A DNA stretch of 64,000 nt from Parcubacteria group bacterium (GTDB taxonomy: Bacteria > Patescibacteriota > Patescibacteriia > Buchananbacterales > UBA6539): contig NYZP01000001.1 in NCBI GenBank assembly GCA_002687175.1, positions 149,607 through 213,606 on the forward strand, in the 5' to 3' direction. The notes beneath the pieces are model-generated. The model saw nothing but the letters and a program-made list of their open reading frames with translations, was not told the origin of the DNA and made no database searches. This document shows positions 9,141 to 19,835 of the stretch, in pieces. The position numbers were made by a program, and so were the translations under genes. How positions within the stretch are numbered: position 1 is the first letter of the stretch; each line of letters starts with the position of its first letter.

Positions 9141-11969
9141 TTAGTATCTCAACATCCTTTTTAAGTATTTTCCAGTATAACTCCACTTGGCACACTTAGC
9201 TATTTTTTCTGGAGTACCTTCAGCAATCACCCGTCCACCTTTGTCGCCACCTTCTGGTCCCAGATCAATTACCCAGTCAGCACATTTAATGACATCTAAA
9301 TTATGCTCAATTACTACCACAGTATTACCTTTGTCGGTTAAGCGATACAAAACATTTAATAATTTATTAACATCATCAAAATGTAATCCAGTGGTTGGTT
9401 CATCTAAAATATACAGAGTATCACCACCTTTACGAGAAAGTTCGGAAGTTAATTTAATGCGCTGGGCTTCTCCTCCAGACAAAGTGGTGGCTGGCTGACC
9501 TAAAGTAATATAACCAAGCCCTACATCAAACAGTGTTTGTAATTTATTTTTGATGGCTGGAATATTTTGAAAAAATACCAGGGCTTCTTCAACCGTCATT
9601 TTTAAGACATCAGAGATGTTTTTATTTTTATATTTAATTTCCAAGGTATCTTCATTGTATCTTGTGCCTTTACATTTTTCACACTCAATGTAAACATCCG
9701 GCAGAAAATTCATCTCAATTTTTTTAACGCCATCACCTTCACACTCTTCACACCGTCCGCCATGAACATTAAATGAAAACCGCCCAGGTTTATAACCTCG
9801 AGTTTGGGCTTCTTTAGTTTTAGCAAATAATTCTCTAGTTGGTGTAAACACTCCAATATAAGTAGCTGGGTTAGATCTTGGTGTCCGGCCAATTGGTGAC
9901 TGGTCAACAATAACCGCTTTTTCTAATTTTCCAAATCCTTTAATTTCTTTATGCTTACCTGGTTTATCGTTTGTCGCCCAAAATATTTTGTATAAAGATT
10001 TATATAAAATATCGTTTATCAAACTACTTTTACCTGAACCGGAGACACCGGTAACACAGGTTAAAACTTTTAATGGAATTTTAACGTTGATGCTTTTTAA
10101 ATTATTCTCTTCAGCCTCAAAAATTTCTAAATAATCAAAAGCTCTACGTCTCTTCTCCGGAATTATAATATTTTTTTTATTACTGATGTAATCTCCGGTA
10201 ACTGAATTTTTAGCTTTAGCAATATTCTTGGGATCTCCCGAAAAAACAACTTCCCCACCGTGAATCCCTGCTCCTGGACCTAAATCAATAACATGATTGG
10301 CGGCATGGATAGTTTCTTCATCGTGTTCGACTACCACTACCGTATTTCCTAGGTCACGTAATTTTTTTAAGGTACTTATTAACTTTTCATTGTCTTTTTG
10401 GTGTAAACCAATTGATGGTTCATCTAAAATATAGAGTACTCCGCGAAGTTCTGAACCAATTTGAGTAGCTAAACGTATTCTTTGGGCTTCACCACCAGAT
10501 AAAGTCCGAGCACTACGAGCTAAGTTCAAATAATCTAGGCCAACATTAATTAAAAACTGCAACCGACTATAAATTTCTCGTAAAATTAGCGTGGCAATGA
10601 TCGTTTCTTGTTTATTGAGCTTTAAATCCTTAAAAAATTTTAATAACTTATCAATTGATAGCTCACTGATTTGCCAAATATTTTTGTCACCGACAGTGAC
10701 CGCTAAAATTTCTGGCTTTAATCTTTTACCGTCACAGGTTTGACAAGGTCCAGTACGCATATACTTTTCAATTTCCCGACGACGATACTCTGACTCCGTT
10801 TGATTATATAATCTTTTCAGTTGAGGAATAACACCTTCAAACTTACCGTACCAGTTATAGCTTGATCCTGTTTTGCTGGAGCTTAGATTAAATCTCATTT
10901 CTTCATCTGACCCATTTAAAATGATGTTCTGGACTTTTTTAGATATATCTTTCCAGGGAGTGAACATATCAAAACCATGTTTATCGGCCAAACCATCCAG
11001 CAACTGTTTGCGCCAACCCTCGCCATGGGTTTGCCATGGTCTAACAGCACCTTCAGATAATGATAAATTTTCATTGGGTATTACTAATTCTTGATCAACA
11101 CTTTGTAAGAAGCCGAGACCGTGACACTGTTCACAGGCACCAAATGGTGAGTTAAAAGAAAATGACCGCGGTTGAAATTCTTCCATCGAAATACCACAGT
11201 CCAAGCAGGCATTGTGTTGGGAAAATAATTTTTCTTTCTTGCCCACTATAGCCAAAATCAAACCATCGGCTTCGTGCAACGAAGTTTCTACCGCTTCCGA
11301 CAACCTATTGTTTATTCCTTTTTTTAAAGCCAAACGATCAACAATTATTTCAATATCATGTTTGACCTGTTTGTTAAGTTTAATTTTATCGCCATCAGAT
11401 AATTCATAAACTTTATTATCAACACGTACCCGACTAAAACCACGTTCCTCGAAATCTTTAAATAACTGTTCATATGTCCCTTTTTTGCTTCTGATAACCG
11501 GTGCTAAAATCTGTACCTTTGATCCTATTTTTTCTTGCAACAAAATTTTGGTAATAGTTTCCGCTGATTGTGAGTAAATTCTTTTCCCACACTTTGGGCA
11601 GTGCGGTACTCCCACTCGAGCATAAAGTAAACGCAGATAATCAGAAACTTCAGTAATGGTACCAACCGTTGATCGCGGATTCTTGGAAATTGATTTTTGT
11701 TCAATCGAAATGGCTGGAGATAAACCCTGAATCTTGTCAACGTCGGGTTTATTCATTAAGCCCAAAAACTGCCTGGCATAAGCTGACAATGATTCAACAT
11801 AGCGACGCTGACCCTCTGCATATAAAGTGTCAAATGCTAAAGTTGATTTGCCTGAACCAGACAAACCAGTAATTACGGTTAATTCATCGATTGGAATTTC
11901 AACGTTAATATTCTTAAGATTATGCTCTCTGGCACCTTTTATAGATATTTTATTACTGTTCTTGGACAT
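9141..11969 (-). CDS. uvrA: Excinuclease ABC subunit A (UvrA)
   Basis: [35 protein letters not shown]. Two ABC modules with LSGGE signatures and zinc-finger Cys pairs. 942 aa. Confidence 0.95.
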   Translation of the reverse strand: MSKNSNKISIKGAREHNLKNINVEIPIDELTVITGLSGSGKSTLAFDTLYAEGQRRYVESLSAYARQFLGLMNKPDVDKIQGLSPAISIEQKSISKNPRSTVGTITEVSDYLRLLYARVGVPHCPKCGKRIYSQSAETITKILLQEKIGSKVQILAPVIRSKKGTYEQLFKDFEERGFSRVRVDNKVYELSDGDKIKLNKQVKHDIEIIVDRLALKKGINNRLSEAVETSLHEADGLILAIVGKKEKLFSQHNACLDCGISMEEFQPRSFSFNSPFGACEQCHGLGFLQSVDQELVIPNENLSLSEGAVRPWQTHGEGWRKQLLDGLADKHGFDMFTPWKDISKKVQNIILNGSDEEMRFNLSSSKTGSSYNWYGKFEGVIPQLKRLYNQTESEYRRREIEKYMRTGPCQTCDGKRLKPEILAVTVGDKNIWQISELSIDKLLKFFKDLKLNKQETIIATLILREIYSRLQFLINVGLDYLNLARSARTLSGGEAQRIRLATQIGSELRGVLYILDEPSIGLHQKDNEKLISTLKKLRDLGNTVVVVEHDEETIHAANHVIDLGPGAGIHGGEVVFSGDPKNIAKAKNSVTGDYISNKKNIIIPEKRRRAFDYLEIFEAEENNLKSINVKIPLKVLTCVTGVSGSGKSSLINDILYKSLYKIFWATNDKPGKHKEIKGFGKLEKAVIVDQSPIGRTPRSNPATYIGVFTPTRELFAKTKEAQTRGYKPGRFSFNVHGGRCEECEGDGVKKIEMNFLPDVYIECEKCKGTRYNEDTLEIKYKNKNISDVLKMTVEEALVFFQNIPAIKNKLQTLFDVGLGYITLGQPATTLSGGEAQRIKLTSELSRKGGDTLYILDEPTTGLHFDDVNKLLNVLYRLTDKGNTVVVIEHNLDVIKCADWVIDLGPEGGDKGGRVIAEGTPEKIAKCAKWSYTGKYLKRMLRY

Positions 11970-11983
11970 AATTTAACTTTTCA

Positions 11984-12012
11984 TTGACAATTTAATTAAT
12001 TTATGATATAGT
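11984..12012 (+). promoter_or_regulatory. Near-consensus sigma70 promoter, TTGACA-N17-TATAGT
   Basis: TTGACA at 11984-11989, a 17-nt spacer, TATAGT at 12007-12012. AAGGAG lies 9 nt before the ATG at 12060. Confidence 0.5.
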
Positions 12013-12059
12013 GCGTAGTTAAAATAGAAACTAAAACGTTCTTCAAGGAGATCTTTAAC

Positions 12060-12533
12060 ATGATTACGTTCATGGAGAAGCCCGCTACACAAGAGGTAAT
12101 TACTCCTACTCAAGCCAGAGACAGGATCTCAAACAGGGAAACGCTCAGCGGTTTTAAGATCAACGGTGATCTGGACCTACGAGGTCTTAGAACTCCTGGA
12201 CATCTGAACATTCGTGGAGTCACCATCGATGGCGATCTCCTGCTTACTGGGGCAAACATTGGCCAAGGCCTAGATATTGGCGATGCCGATGTTTGGGGTC
12301 TAGTCAATCTTTCTCGGATCAATGTCGGCGGAAAACTTTTCCTACTTGGTACTAAAGTTGGCACATCGTTGAGCTTGTTTCGAGCCACCATCGTTGATGA
12401 CATCAATCTGCATAAAGCAGAAGTGGCTGGCATGATCGACCTAACCGGTACAAACATCGTATCTGGAAAATTAATCACCGGCAATATGCAAGTTGGTCGT
12501 GTCCACGGAGGTGTTGCTCTCTTGGCTTCTTAG
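12060..12533 (+). CDS. Pentapeptide-repeat-like protein of atypical (higher) G+C
   Basis: Continuous 5-residue periodicity (GDLDL RGLRT PGHLN IRGVT IDGDL LLTGA NIGQG LDIGD ADVWG LVNLS RINVG ...). GC-rich codons (ctg, ggc, atc), unlike the flanking uvr genes. Confidence 0.55.
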   Translation: MITFMEKPATQEVITPTQARDRISNRETLSGFKINGDLDLRGLRTPGHLNIRGVTIDGDLLLTGANIGQGLDIGDADVWGLVNLSRINVGGKLFLLGTKVGTSLSLFRATIVDDINLHKAEVAGMIDLTGTNIVSGKLITGNMQVGRVHGGVALLAS

Positions 12534-12560
12534 TCATCTGGCAAAAACACGCCACATACC

Positions 12561-12600
12561 CCCTCAATGAATTTTATTCGTTGAGGGTTTTTATTTTTAT
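12561..12600 (+). terminator. Intrinsic terminator
   Basis: CCCTCAA-tgaattttattcg-TTGAGGG followed by TTTTTATTTTTAT. Confidence 0.55.
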
Positions 12601-12602
12601 AA

Positions 12603-12690
12603 TTTTTCTTTCAACTTTTCAACCTTATCTCTTAACTCAATAGCCTTTTCAAAATCTAACTCTTCAGCGGCAGCGGTTCTCCGGTAGCAG
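12603..12690 (-). repeat. Diverged duplicate of the uvrB 3' end (UVR-domain remnant) just downstream of the uvrB stop
   Basis: The minus strand in the +1 frame reads ..AAAEELDFEKAIELRDKVEKLKEKL*. The authentic UvrB C-terminus (12697-12790) reads ..AAEELDFEKAIDLRDKIDSLKNKLK*. By eye the DNA is about 70-75% identical. Confidence 0.6.
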
Positions 12691-12696
12691 ACTTCG

Positions 12697-14673
12697 CTAC
12701 TTTAATTTATTTTTTAAACTATCAATCTTATCTCTAAGGTCTATGGCTTTTTCAAAGTCTAATTCTTCCGCCGCCACTCGCATCCGCCCTTCCAGATCTA
12801 AGATCACTTTATCAAGTTCCAGCTCTTTTCCTTTCTCTCCTGGCTCAATCACCACTTCTTCTTCAGCAATAGCTTTAACTATTGATTTTGGAGTAATACC
12901 GTGTTTTTTATTATAATCTGCTTGAACTTTACGACGACGGTTAGTTTCATTGATCGCATCTCTGATTGAACCAGTCTGACGGTCAGCATACATGATAACC
13001 CGGGAATGAACATTTCTGGCCGCCCGACCACTGGTTTGAATCAAACTCCTGGTATTACGTAAAAAACCTTCTTTGTCAGCATCCAAAATTGCCACCAGGG
13101 CCACTTCCGGAATATCCAAGCCTTCTCGTAACAAATTAATTCCCACTAAAACATCATACTTGCCAACTCTAAAATCTCTAATTATTTTAATTCGTTCCAT
13201 TGATCCAATATCAGAATGCATATAAACCGCTTTAATGTCATTATCAATCAAATGATAACTTAAATCCTCGGCCATTCTTTTGGTTAAGGTAGTTACTAGG
13301 GTACGGTGACCCTTCCTGATTACTTTTTTAATTTCTGTCATCACATCATTAATTTGTCCATCAACCGGTTTAATGGTAATTGGTGGATCAATTAGGCCAG
13401 TTGGTCGTACTACTTGCTCAACAATTTTTTTACTATTTTCAATCTCGTAATCTCCGGGGGTGGCAGAGGTGTAAATTACATGATGTAAATATTTCTCAAA
13501 CTCCTTAAACTTTAACGGTCTATTATCTAATGCACTGGGTAAGCGAAACCCGTAATCAACTAAATTTTCCTTTCGGGCTCGATCACCATTATACATTCCA
13601 TGAACTTGGGGAACACTTTGATGACTTTCATCAATGACAAACAACCAATCTTTTTTAAAACGATAATTAAAAAAATCTAGCAATGTGTAAGGTGGTTCTC
13701 CAGGCTGACGATTGTCAAAATGACGAGAATAATTTTCAATCCCTTTACAATAACCAAGCTGTTCAATCATCTCTAAATCATAATTTGTTCGTTGTTTTAA
13801 ACGATGAGACTCAACCGTATCAAGTTTTGGTAAACGCTGCTTTAACTCTTTTCTAATTGATGATAAGGCCTTAGGAATTCGTTCACTGGGTACGACAAAT
13901 GGTCTAGCCGGATATATCCAAACATCTTTTAAATCTTCTAGCTTTTGTTTGGTCATGGCCTGAATTTTAGTCAGCTTATCAACTTTGTCACCTAGTAAAT
14001 TAATCCTGATTAAATAGTTACTGGCATAACCGGGGAATAGATCGATCGTGTCACCTTTAGCTCGAAATAATCCTGGTTTAACTTCCATATCATTTCGCTC
14101 ATACTGAATTGAGATTAATCTACTTAGTAATTCTTGGCGATCTATTTTTTGACCTTTTTTTAAATAGAAACTTTCATTTTCAAAATCTTGTGGTTGACCA
14201 AAGCCATAAATGCACGAAATAGACGAGACAATAATAACATCATCTTGCGACAGCAATGAAGTGGCTGCTTCTAGCCTAAGCTGCTCAATCTTTTCATTAA
14301 TATCGGCATCTTTTTCAATATAAGTGTCCGAAGCTGGCAAATAACTTTCTGGTTGATAATAATCATAATAAGAAATAAAATAATTAACTTTATTGTCTGG
14401 AAAAAATGTTTGAAATTCTTGATAAAGTTGAGCCGCTAAAGTTTTGTTATGAGATAGTACTAGAGTCGGCTTTTGAATTTTATCAATAACATTAGCAATA
14501 GTATAAGTTTTACCAGATCCGGTCACACCTAAAAGCGTCTGATTACTATTTTTATTATAACCAGACACCAATTGTCTTATCGCCTTAGGTTGATCTCCTC
14601 TAGGGGGGTTAGCTTTGTTTAACTGAAACTTAGACATATTAAGCTTAGAGGACCGCAAGCGAGTCCCCTTCAA
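12697..14673 (-). CDS. uvrB: Excinuclease ABC subunit B (UvrB)
   Basis: LLGVTGSGKTYTIANVI Walker A, helicase motifs and a C-terminal UVR domain. 658 aa. Confidence 0.95.
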   Translation of the reverse strand: MKGTRLRSSKLNMSKFQLNKANPPRGDQPKAIRQLVSGYNKNSNQTLLGVTGSGKTYTIANVIDKIQKPTLVLSHNKTLAAQLYQEFQTFFPDNKVNYFISYYDYYQPESYLPASDTYIEKDADINEKIEQLRLEAATSLLSQDDVIIVSSISCIYGFGQPQDFENESFYLKKGQKIDRQELLSRLISIQYERNDMEVKPGLFRAKGDTIDLFPGYASNYLIRINLLGDKVDKLTKIQAMTKQKLEDLKDVWIYPARPFVVPSERIPKALSSIRKELKQRLPKLDTVESHRLKQRTNYDLEMIEQLGYCKGIENYSRHFDNRQPGEPPYTLLDFFNYRFKKDWLFVIDESHQSVPQVHGMYNGDRARKENLVDYGFRLPSALDNRPLKFKEFEKYLHHVIYTSATPGDYEIENSKKIVEQVVRPTGLIDPPITIKPVDGQINDVMTEIKKVIRKGHRTLVTTLTKRMAEDLSYHLIDNDIKAVYMHSDIGSMERIKIIRDFRVGKYDVLVGINLLREGLDIPEVALVAILDADKEGFLRNTRSLIQTSGRAARNVHSRVIMYADRQTGSIRDAINETNRRRKVQADYNKKHGITPKSIVKAIAEEEVVIEPGEKGKELELDKVILDLEGRMRVAAEELDFEKAIDLRDKIDSLKNKLK

Positions 14674-14730
14674 AAAATCAGTAATAAATTTGTTACTTTA
14701 TTATAACAGAGCTTAAAATAAAGTCAAAAT

Positions 14731-14964
14731 CTATAGACCGAGAGCTTCCGTCAGTCCTTTTTGATCAAAACCAACCATAATTTTACCATCAATATCAATG
14801 ACCGGTACTCCCATTTGGCCTGATTTATCAATCATCTCTTGAGCCTTTTTTTGATCTAAGGATACATCAATCTCAGTATACTCAACATTATTTTCCTTAA
14901 AAAATGCTTTAGTTTTTTTACAGTAAACACAAGTTGGTGTTGAATAAATAGTTACATTCTTCAT
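14731..14964 (-). CDS. Glutaredoxin-like protein (NrdH/Grx-like)
   Basis: 77 aa with a TCVYCKK CxxC motif in a thioredoxin fold. Confidence 0.7.
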   Translation of the reverse strand: MKNVTIYSTPTCVYCKKTKAFFKENNVEYTEIDVSLDQKKAQEMIDKSGQMGVPVIDIDGKIMVGFDQKGLTEALGL

Positions 14965-15423
14965 AATTTTATCTTTAATAATTTCAACTTATTTAAAGCT
15001 TTCAGTTGTGATGTTTCAATATGAATTTCTGGTCTTTTTTTTCTAATTTTGGCAACTGCTTGTTTAACAGTTAAACCTTGACTGACAAAATAGGTGGCTA
15101 ACATTGTTGGCGCCCGACCATGACCATTCTTACAATGCATGTAAGTCTTGATTTTATTTTTTACTAAATAATCAATTTGTCGAATACCCAACAACAACTG
15201 ATGTTTTTTTGGTGGGTTGTGGTCTTTTGTAGGCAACCACAAAAAATAATCCACCCCCCCCCCAAGCAGCATCAATTCTTTTTTCTTCTAAACTAATATC
15301 AGCCCGAATGCCTTTTTCTAATAACTCTTTTTTGAAATGCATTTGACAGCAAGAATTACTGCCAACATAAATCATTGGGGTAATTTGATTATATTCCATT
15401 TTAACACCATGTTTTTTTGCCAT
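14961..15423 (-). pseudogene. Dual-specificity protein phosphatase (CX5R) split by a frameshift inside a G10 homopolymer; candidate phase-variable gene
   Basis: ORFs 15172..15423 and 14961..15275 overlap in different frames. The downstream one carries HCKNGHGRAPT (HCx5R). The two frames meet at C10 on the plus strand (15254-15263), which is G10 on the coding strand and encodes a Gly run. G9 or G12 would give one ~165-aa ORF. Confidence 0.6.
15254..15263. repeat. Homopolymeric C10/G10 tract inside a coding sequence
   Basis: Plus strand reads ccaCCCCCCCCCCaag. Confidence 0.9.
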
Positions 15424-15428
15424 ATCAT

Positions 15429-16394
15429 TTAGCCCTCAGCCGGACTTCCTTTCTTTAGATCTAAAATATAAGAATAAGCTGCTAAAGCGGCTCTAACACC
15501 GTCGCCAACCGAAATATTATTCTGTTTATAGGGATCATTGGAAACATCGCCAGCCGCAAAAATTCCTGGATGTGAAGTTTTGGCATGCATTGCATCAATT
15601 TTAACTTGTCCCCAATCGTCAATATCAACAACCCCTTTAACAATCTCTGAATTTGGTACCGAGCCAATTTCGACAAAAACTCCACCAACTTTTAACTCTT
15701 TTTCCTCCCCGCTTTTAGTGTCTTTATACTTCAAACCAGTTACCATTTTATCACCTAAAATCTCGACGGTCTCCGCGTTGGTAATAATTTCTACTTTAGA
15801 ATTTTTTTTGATTTGCGCTTGGGTTACTGGATCGCCGCTCAATTTATCACCACGTTGCAATAGATAAACTTTAGTGGCGTAGGCAGATAAATCAACGACT
15901 GCCTCCAAACCTGAATTACCACCACCAACCACCACCACATCCTTGTCTTTAAAAAGCGGGGCATCACAGGTTGAGCAGTATGATACTCCTTTACCGTTAT
16001 ACTCATCTTCGCCGGGTACTTTCAACTTTCGATGTCTGGCACCAGATGCTAAGATAATTGCTTTACCCATGTATTTACCTTCTCCAGTCTCAACTTCAAA
16101 ATCACATTCCCGATGATGGTCAAGACATTTATTATCAGAAATTTTTGTGACTTTTTCCGGCGACTTGATTGTTACCATATCAGGAAAACTTCTGGCATGT
16201 TCTTCTAATTTTTTGGCCAGATCAATACCGGAAATATTTTTTTCACCAATCCAATTGCCAATATCATCAGACACAATTGATTGACCACCAAACTGATCAG
16301 TAATTAATAAAGTTTTAAGTTGTTTCCTAGCAGTGTAAACCGTCGCCGCCACTCCGGCCGGTCCACCACCAATAATAATGACATCATACAGCAT
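15429..16394 (-). CDS. trxB: Thioredoxin-disulfide reductase
   Basis: N-terminal GGGPAG FAD motif, redox-active CSTCD and a second NAD(P) Rossmann motif (VVVVGGGNSG). Confidence 0.85.
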   Translation of the reverse strand: MLYDVIIIGGGPAGVAATVYTARKQLKTLLITDQFGGQSIVSDDIGNWIGEKNISGIDLAKKLEEHARSFPDMVTIKSPEKVTKISDNKCLDHHRECDFEVETGEGKYMGKAIILASGARHRKLKVPGEDEYNGKGVSYCSTCDAPLFKDKDVVVVGGGNSGLEAVVDLSAYATKVYLLQRGDKLSGDPVTQAQIKKNSKVEIITNAETVEILGDKMVTGLKYKDTKSGEEKELKVGGVFVEIGSVPNSEIVKGVVDIDDWGQVKIDAMHAKTSHPGIFAAGDVSNDPYKQNNISVGDGVRAALAAYSYILDLKKGSPAEG

Positions 16395-16404
16395 AATTTT
16401 ATAT

Positions 16405-16917
16405 TTATTCTTCTAGCAAGTAAGCTAATTCTTCGCCAAATTCAAGAGCCGCCTCTGGTCCTTTGGCGGTCACAATTTTACCATCCACTTCAACTGGCAT
16501 CCCGGTATAATCAGCCCCTTTGTCACGTAAATTTTGTTCTTGACTGGGAAATGACGTAGCTGTTTTACTGATCAGCAGTCCAGCATTGGCTAAGATTGAT
16601 GGCGCAATACAAATTGCCCCAACAATCTTTCCCGCTTGTTTAAAATCTTTAGCTAAGTTTAACACTGTTTCATTGTTGAAATAGTCAACTGCTCCGGCCC
16701 CACCAACAAATGCGACAGCATCAAAATCTTTTACCAAAATTTCGGGAATAGCTAAGTCTGGACTAATTTCCGTCCCCAGCTTTCCTTTGGCTTTATTCCT
16801 GGTTTTTGTTGCCACTTTAACCTCAATCTTTCTTTTGATTAGAACTTCTTTAGGCTTTAAAAGTTCTTCATCTCTAAAATTATTTTGGGCCACAATAAAT
16901 ACCACCTTTTTTGACAT
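16405..16917 (-). CDS. DJ-1/PfpI family protein
   Basis: AICIAP nucleophile elbow and FVGGAGA motif. 170 aa. Confidence 0.7.
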   Translation of the reverse strand: MSKKVVFIVAQNNFRDEELLKPKEVLIKRKIEVKVATKTRNKAKGKLGTEISPDLAIPEILVKDFDAVAFVGGAGAVDYFNNETVLNLAKDFKQAGKIVGAICIAPSILANAGLLISKTATSFPSQEQNLRDKGADYTGMPVEVDGKIVTAKGPEAALEFGEELAYLLEE

Positions 16918-17018
16918 AGCTTGAAAATTATTTAAATATCAAAAATATTATAGCATAATAAAAGAGGACAAGCCAATATTATTGAGTTGTCCTCTTTATA
17001 TTATACAATAAATATTAT

Positions 17019-17516
17019 TTAACGACTGACTGTAATAGCCGGTCTTTCACCAGCAATATCCTCTTCGTTACATGACCCAACGGTAATTCGGCCACTGGCC
17101 GAACGATAAACAAAATAATCAGTGTCTGCAGCATCAGGTGTTAAAGGGTCTTCAGGAATTTTAGAAAGATAGGTTGGTACTAAATCACTACTGAGATCAA
17201 TACAGGCGACCGGGGTGGTAGTGGCAACACCAGCAAGTCCATAAGTGCAATCATCACAATCAAGAGTACCGGTACCAAGTTTGTATGTTCCGGTGAATTC
17301 ATTTGTTAAAGCAGTTGGTAAAACTCCTTTATTATCAACCGTATATTTCAAAATACCATTTAAGATAGCGTTAGTTGAGCTCCACCTTTCGGCGTTTCTG
17401 GCTTCAGATAATCGCCTAGCTGGATCAACAACCACATATATAATAGCGGCTAAGATGGCGATGATGCCAATAACTATTAAAAGTTCGATCAGAGTAAAAC
17501 CTTTATATTTTTTCAT
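17019..17516 (-). CDS. Type IV pilin-like protein (prepilin N-terminal methylation motif)
   Basis: KGFTLIELLIVIGIIAILAAI. Confidence 0.7.
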   Translation of the reverse strand: MKKYKGFTLIELLIVIGIIAILAAIIYVVVDPARRLSEARNAERWSSTNAILNGILKYTVDNKGVLPTALTNEFTGTYKLGTGTLDCDDCTYGLAGVATTTPVACIDLSSDLVPTYLSKIPEDPLTPDAADTDYFVYRSASGRITVGSCNEEDIAGERPAITVSR

Positions 17517-17593
17517 AAATTCACCCCCTTCTTTAATTAAATTATTTTTATATTAATTTACTAACTAAATTATAACATAAAACTGTTTAATTG

Positions 17594-19444
17594 TTATTCC
17601 ACCTTATCCACATAAACTGAAGAAATCCAGCCTTTTGTACCTTCCTCAAACTCAATCTGATACCAACCTTGTGATTCATCAAGTACTGCAAACTCCTCAT
17701 CAGGCAAAACTTCACCAATTTTAGCATTGCCTGTTCCCGGACCCTCTCTGACATTTAAATACCCTAAGCTGGTATCGTTTATTATTATGCTTATCTTAGG
17801 CACTGGCTCAGGTTCAACAACTTCTTCCGCTTCTTCTTGAACCTCTCCGTCTTCAGTTGACTCATCTTCAATTAACTCTGGCTCAATAAGTTCGGCAAAA
17901 TTAGAAGATACCCATCCAACCGTTTCTTGATCTAACTCTATTTGATACCAATCATCTTCTTCGGCAATAAACAAATACTCTTCGCCGGGCAAGGCTTGAC
18001 CAATTTTTGGATTATTAGTCCCTGGCCCTTCTCTAACATTCAAAAATCCGGTGCCAGTATTAATAATCTGAACTTTAATTTCTGGTTCAATAGCTTCGGT
18101 CTCTTCCTCATCAATTTCCTCTTCTTCAGAATCGATAAACTGCTGACGTAATTGGTCTAAGGAATCAAAATTAATGTTTTCAAAATTAGCCTGAAAAGTT
18201 GGCTGGGGAAATAATTTTCGGTAAAAGTCCTGACCTTGTTTTTGGGCAAATAATAATCCACCAAATATTACAACCAGAATAACAAAAATTGCTAAACGAA
18301 TATATATAGATTTCCAAGCCTTTTTTTCTTCTTTCGGCGGTGCTAAAGCAAACTTCATCTTGCTACTAGGCAATAGGTTAATGTCGCTACTTACTGGATC
18401 TTTACTGATCCCTCGTAAAGCTAAGCCAGTAACATTGGAAAATAAAACTGACTTACCTTTTAGTTTAGCTAAATCATTAGGATCAGAAATTTTGGTAAAT
18501 GGTTTACCAACAGTTGTTTCAATATTAAAATTATCTGCCAGATACTGATCGATTGCGGGCAGTAATGATGATCCACCGGCTAAAATTACTTTGTCAATTT
18601 GTCCTTGTTGCTCCGTCTGAAAATAATCAATTAATTTCTTAGCTTCCTCAATAATTCTCTTGAATTCGTTCTGTAAAACTAACAACACTTTACCTTGTTC
18701 TTGTTTTGGATTAAAACCACTTTTCATTTTTAGCTCATTTGCTTTTTGAGGCGTAACCTTTAACTTGCTGGAAATTGCTTTGGTAAACCGATCACCAGCA
18801 ACATTGATTGATACACTTTGCCGAATACCACCATGACTAAAAATATTTAAATTAGTTGTTCGGTCTCCAATATCCATTATTAATTTAGCACCGGCAGATT
18901 TTTTATTACTATCTACTACGGCTCGAGCTAAGCTGATTGATTCTAAATCAAAGGCTAAAGGATTTAGTCCGATACCTTCTAAAACTGCTAAATAGCTATC
19001 GACCACTTTAATTGGCACGGCCACATAAAAAACTTCTTGGGTTTCACCTTCTTGAGCAATTGGTTTAAAGTCAAAATAAATTTCTGAGGTCTTAAAAGGA
19101 ATTACCTCTTCGGCCTTGAAGGGAATAGTATTTTTTATTTCATCTCGCTTTAAACCAGATGGTAGCTTAAAAATTGTGGTAAAAACCTGTGACTCTGGCA
19201 GTGATATTACGCAATAAGGTGTACGAATTGGTTTAGGCACCCCTGATTCCAAAAGTTTGAATATACTGTCGGCTAACTTTTCTGGTTTTTTAATAATGCC
19301 ATTTTTTATAATTTCTCCACGTAAAATTGTTCTGGCGTAAGAGGTAATCTTTGGTTTACCAAAAAAAGGCTTAGTTAAAACTAAAGCCTCTATTGAATGA
19401 TCAGAAATATCAAGCCCAAAAATTTGTTTTTTTATTATTTTCAT
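17594..19444 (-). CDS. PilM-like actin-fold protein fused to a PilN-like TM segment and two C-terminal SH3b-like domains
   Basis: N-terminal FGLDISDHSIEALVL..GGS (PilM/FtsA-like). Mid-protein TM helix AIFVILVVIFGGLLFA. Two repeats of LNVREGPGT(N/G)..KIG..LP.EE....E...WYQIE......GW.SS. Confidence 0.6.
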   Translation of the reverse strand: MKIIKKQIFGLDISDHSIEALVLTKPFFGKPKITSYARTILRGEIIKNGIIKKPEKLADSIFKLLESGVPKPIRTPYCVISLPESQVFTTIFKLPSGLKRDEIKNTIPFKAEEVIPFKTSEIYFDFKPIAQEGETQEVFYVAVPIKVVDSYLAVLEGIGLNPLAFDLESISLARAVVDSNKKSAGAKLIMDIGDRTTNLNIFSHGGIRQSVSINVAGDRFTKAISSKLKVTPQKANELKMKSGFNPKQEQGKVLLVLQNEFKRIIEEAKKLIDYFQTEQQGQIDKVILAGGSSLLPAIDQYLADNFNIETTVGKPFTKISDPNDLAKLKGKSVLFSNVTGLALRGISKDPVSSDINLLPSSKMKFALAPPKEEKKAWKSIYIRLAIFVILVVIFGGLLFAQKQGQDFYRKLFPQPTFQANFENINFDSLDQLRQQFIDSEEEEIDEEETEAIEPEIKVQIINTGTGFLNVREGPGTNNPKIGQALPGEEYLFIAEEDDWYQIELDQETVGWVSSNFAELIEPELIEDESTEDGEVQEEAEEVVEPEPVPKISIIINDTSLGYLNVREGPGTGNAKIGEVLPDEEFAVLDESQGWYQIEFEEGTKGWISSVYVDKVE

Positions 19445-19447
19445 TTT

Positions 19448-19822
19448 TTACTCTTCCCAAGATGTTACCTCTAAAGTATCATCAACTTGGATTTTTATTT
19501 TTTGTTTAAATATATCAACAGTTCCCGTGGCTGCTAAAGTAGCATTGCTACCATTAACAACTATATCTATTATACACGAATCTTGATCAATTGCCAAAGA
19601 ACCGGAGTAATTAGACCAATTAACTCGTAATCTTTCAAGTCCATCCTCAATACAACTATTTGTTATTGATTTTGCCCTGGCCGCCTGGCTAGTACCAAAA
19701 CTTAACTGTACTTCTTCAATCCCTCCTAAACTTAAAGCAATGCCGATGGTCAGTCCAGTGGCTGACACAAGCAACAATGCGATCAATGCAATATATCCTT
19801 GTTGATTATTATTATAATACAT
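19448..19822 (-). CDS. Hypothetical pilus-associated protein with N-terminal hydrophobic segment
   Basis: YIALIALLLVSATGLTIGIALSLGG. It sits inside the pilin cluster. Confidence 0.3.
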   Translation of the reverse strand: MYYNNNQQGYIALIALLLVSATGLTIGIALSLGGIEEVQLSFGTSQAARAKSITNSCIEDGLERLRVNWSNYSGSLAIDQDSCIIDIVVNGSNATLAATGTVDIFKQKIKIQVDDTLEVTSWEE

Positions 19823-19835
19823 AAATTAGTGATAA

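Noticed and set aside
12110-12484. 124-aa minus-strand ORF inside the pentapeptide-repeat gene
   Set aside because: It is antisense to a better-supported GC-rich ORF. High-GC DNA yields long spurious antisense frames, and it has no motif.
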